DNA from: an uncultured Actinomycetota bacterium
GTDB lineage: Bacteria > Actinomycetota > Actinomycetes > Actinomycetales > Microbacteriaceae
Reading direction: 5' to 3'
Assembly: GCA_963702165.1 (NCBI GenBank)
Contig: OY969722.1
Span: 2,156,693-2,220,692, forward strand
DNA: 64,000 nucleotides
Shown: positions 63,015 through 64,000 of the stretch, one piece after another
Position numbering within the stretch: position 1 is the stretch's first letter
Layout of the letters: each line of letters starts with the position of its first letter
Program-made: the position numbers and the translations under genes
Notes under the pieces: generated by a model
Told to the model about the DNA's origin: nothing
Seen by the model: only the letters and a program-made list of their open reading frames with translations
Database searches by the model: none

Positions 63015-63929
63015 ATGTCGATCCAGGATGCGGCCGGTATCGCGCAAATCGGCCTGGTCGGCCTCGGCCGCATGGGCGGTGCGATGCGTGGGCGGCTGGA
63101 ATCCCGGGGTATCGAGGTTGTCGGTTTCGACGCGAATCCCGAACTCACCGAGGTGGAAAGCCTCGCCGGCCTCGTCGGGGCGCTGAGCGCACCCCGGCTC
63201 ATCTGGGTCATGGTGCCCGCGGGCGAGATCACCCGCTCGGTGGTCAGCGAGCTGGTCGGGCTGATGGATGCCGGCGATCTGCTGATCGACGGAGGCAACT
63301 CTCGCTACACCGAGGACGCCATTCACGCCGAACTGGCCGCGAAGAACGGCATCGGCTACGTGGACGCCGGGGTCTCCGGTGGAATCTGGGGTCGCGACAA
63401 CGGCTACGGCCTCATGGTCGGCGGCAGCCAGGAGGATGTGGCGCGCGCGATGCCGGTCTTCGACGCACTGCGGCCGGAGGGTCCTCGCGAGGAAGGCTTC
63501 GTGCACGTTGGCCCGGTTGGCGCTGGGCACTACGCGAAGATGGTGCACAACGGCATCGAATACGCACTCATGCAGGCCTACGCCGAGGGGTACGAGCTGC
63601 TCGAGAAGCGCGACGACCTGATCACCGACCTGACCGGCACGTTCAAGGCCTGGCAGCGTGGGACCGTCGTACGGTCCTGGCTCCTGGAGTTGCTCGTTCG
63701 CGCTCTCGACCAGGATCCCGAGTTCGAGGAGATTGTCGGCTACGTCGAGGACTCCGGCGAGGGCCGGTGGACCATCGAGGAGGCAATCGAGAACGCGGTT
63801 CCCGTGCCGGCGATCTCGGCGTCCATTTTCGCTCGCTTCGTCTCCCGCCAGGAGGAATCGCCCGCGATGAAAGCGGTTGCGGCGCTGCGTCACCAGTTCG
63901 GCGGGCACGCGGTCAAGAAGGCTGATTGA
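63015..63929 (+). CDS. gnd: 6-phosphogluconate dehydrogenase (short, NAD-type)
   Basis: GLGRMG, IDGGNS, VSGG, KMVHNGIEY, DSGEGRW, LRHQFGGH. Confidence 0.94.
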   Translation: MSIQDAAGIAQIGLVGLGRMGGAMRGRLESRGIEVVGFDANPELTEVESLAGLVGALSAPRLIWVMVPAGEITRSVVSELVGLMDAGDLLIDGGNSRYTEDAIHAELAAKNGIGYVDAGVSGGIWGRDNGYGLMVGGSQEDVARAMPVFDALRPEGPREEGFVHVGPVGAGHYAKMVHNGIEYALMQAYAEGYELLEKRDDLITDLTGTFKAWQRGTVVRSWLLELLVRALDQDPEFEEIVGYVEDSGEGRWTIEEAIENAVPVPAISASIFARFVSRQEESPAMKAVAALRHQFGGHAVKKAD

Positions 63930-63947
63930 CATGGCCGGCAAAGCACC

Positions 63948-64000
63948 GTGAGGGTCACGCGACTCGCTCTCACCGATTTCCGCAACTATCACTCGGCCGA
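63948..64000 (+). CDS. recF: RecF, 5' fragment
   Basis: VRVTRLALTDFRNY; expected position after dnaN/gnd. Confidence 0.8.
   Translation, partial: MRVTRLALTDFRNYHSA

Noticed and set aside
63015-63929. gnd inserted between dnaN and recF
   Set aside because: Known arrangement in many Actinobacteria
127-63992. Many long antisense or alternative-frame ORFs (e.g. 127-1995, 5692-7461, 56407-58200)
   Set aside because: Shadow ORFs typical of high-GC DNA, overlapping well-supported genes
1-64000. CRISPR array, tRNA, rRNA or intact IS element
   Set aside because: No regularly spaced direct repeats, cloverleaf, rRNA-like sequence or transposase ORF was recognised

Overview
High-GC actinobacterial chromosome segment; gene content and order point to Microbacteriaceae (inference). 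It ends at the replication origin. Left to right: (i) part of a flagellar cluster (motA-flbD-flgE-flgD-fliK-fliJ-fliI-fliH-fliG-fliF-fliE-flgC-flgB, fliS-fliD-fliC, fliA on the minus strand; flgN-flgK-flgL-fliW on the plus strand); (ii) a small accessory block (ASCH, epimerase, nhaA, DinB, DUF2470, IdeR-boxed heme oxygenase); (iii) PIF1-like helicase, CopD/CtaG, HU, rpsN-rpmG-rpmB, zur-znuBCA with a Zur box, and a 2-oxoacid dehydrogenase operon; (iv) a WXG100-like/lipase pair, ptpA-purB, dnaB-rplI-rpsR-ssb-rpsF, ino1, cca, murJ, trxBA; (v) parBA-rsmG-jag-yidC-yidD-rnpA-rpmH, dnaA-oriC-dnaN-gnd-recF with two parS sites. Tracts at about 21.7-36.6 kb and 42.5-47.8 kb are full of indels that look like consensus errors rather than biology. 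Most interesting signals: four flagellar operons of different assembly classes share one sigma28-type promoter, each followed by GGA-loop (CsrA-like) hairpins, with fliW but no flgM visible. There are also fixed-length hairpin elements with conserved ends and variable cores (one family with TTAA|CCC...GGG|TTAA ends), a phased dyad pair and uORF upstream of fliA, and an apparent excess of GCATCC.
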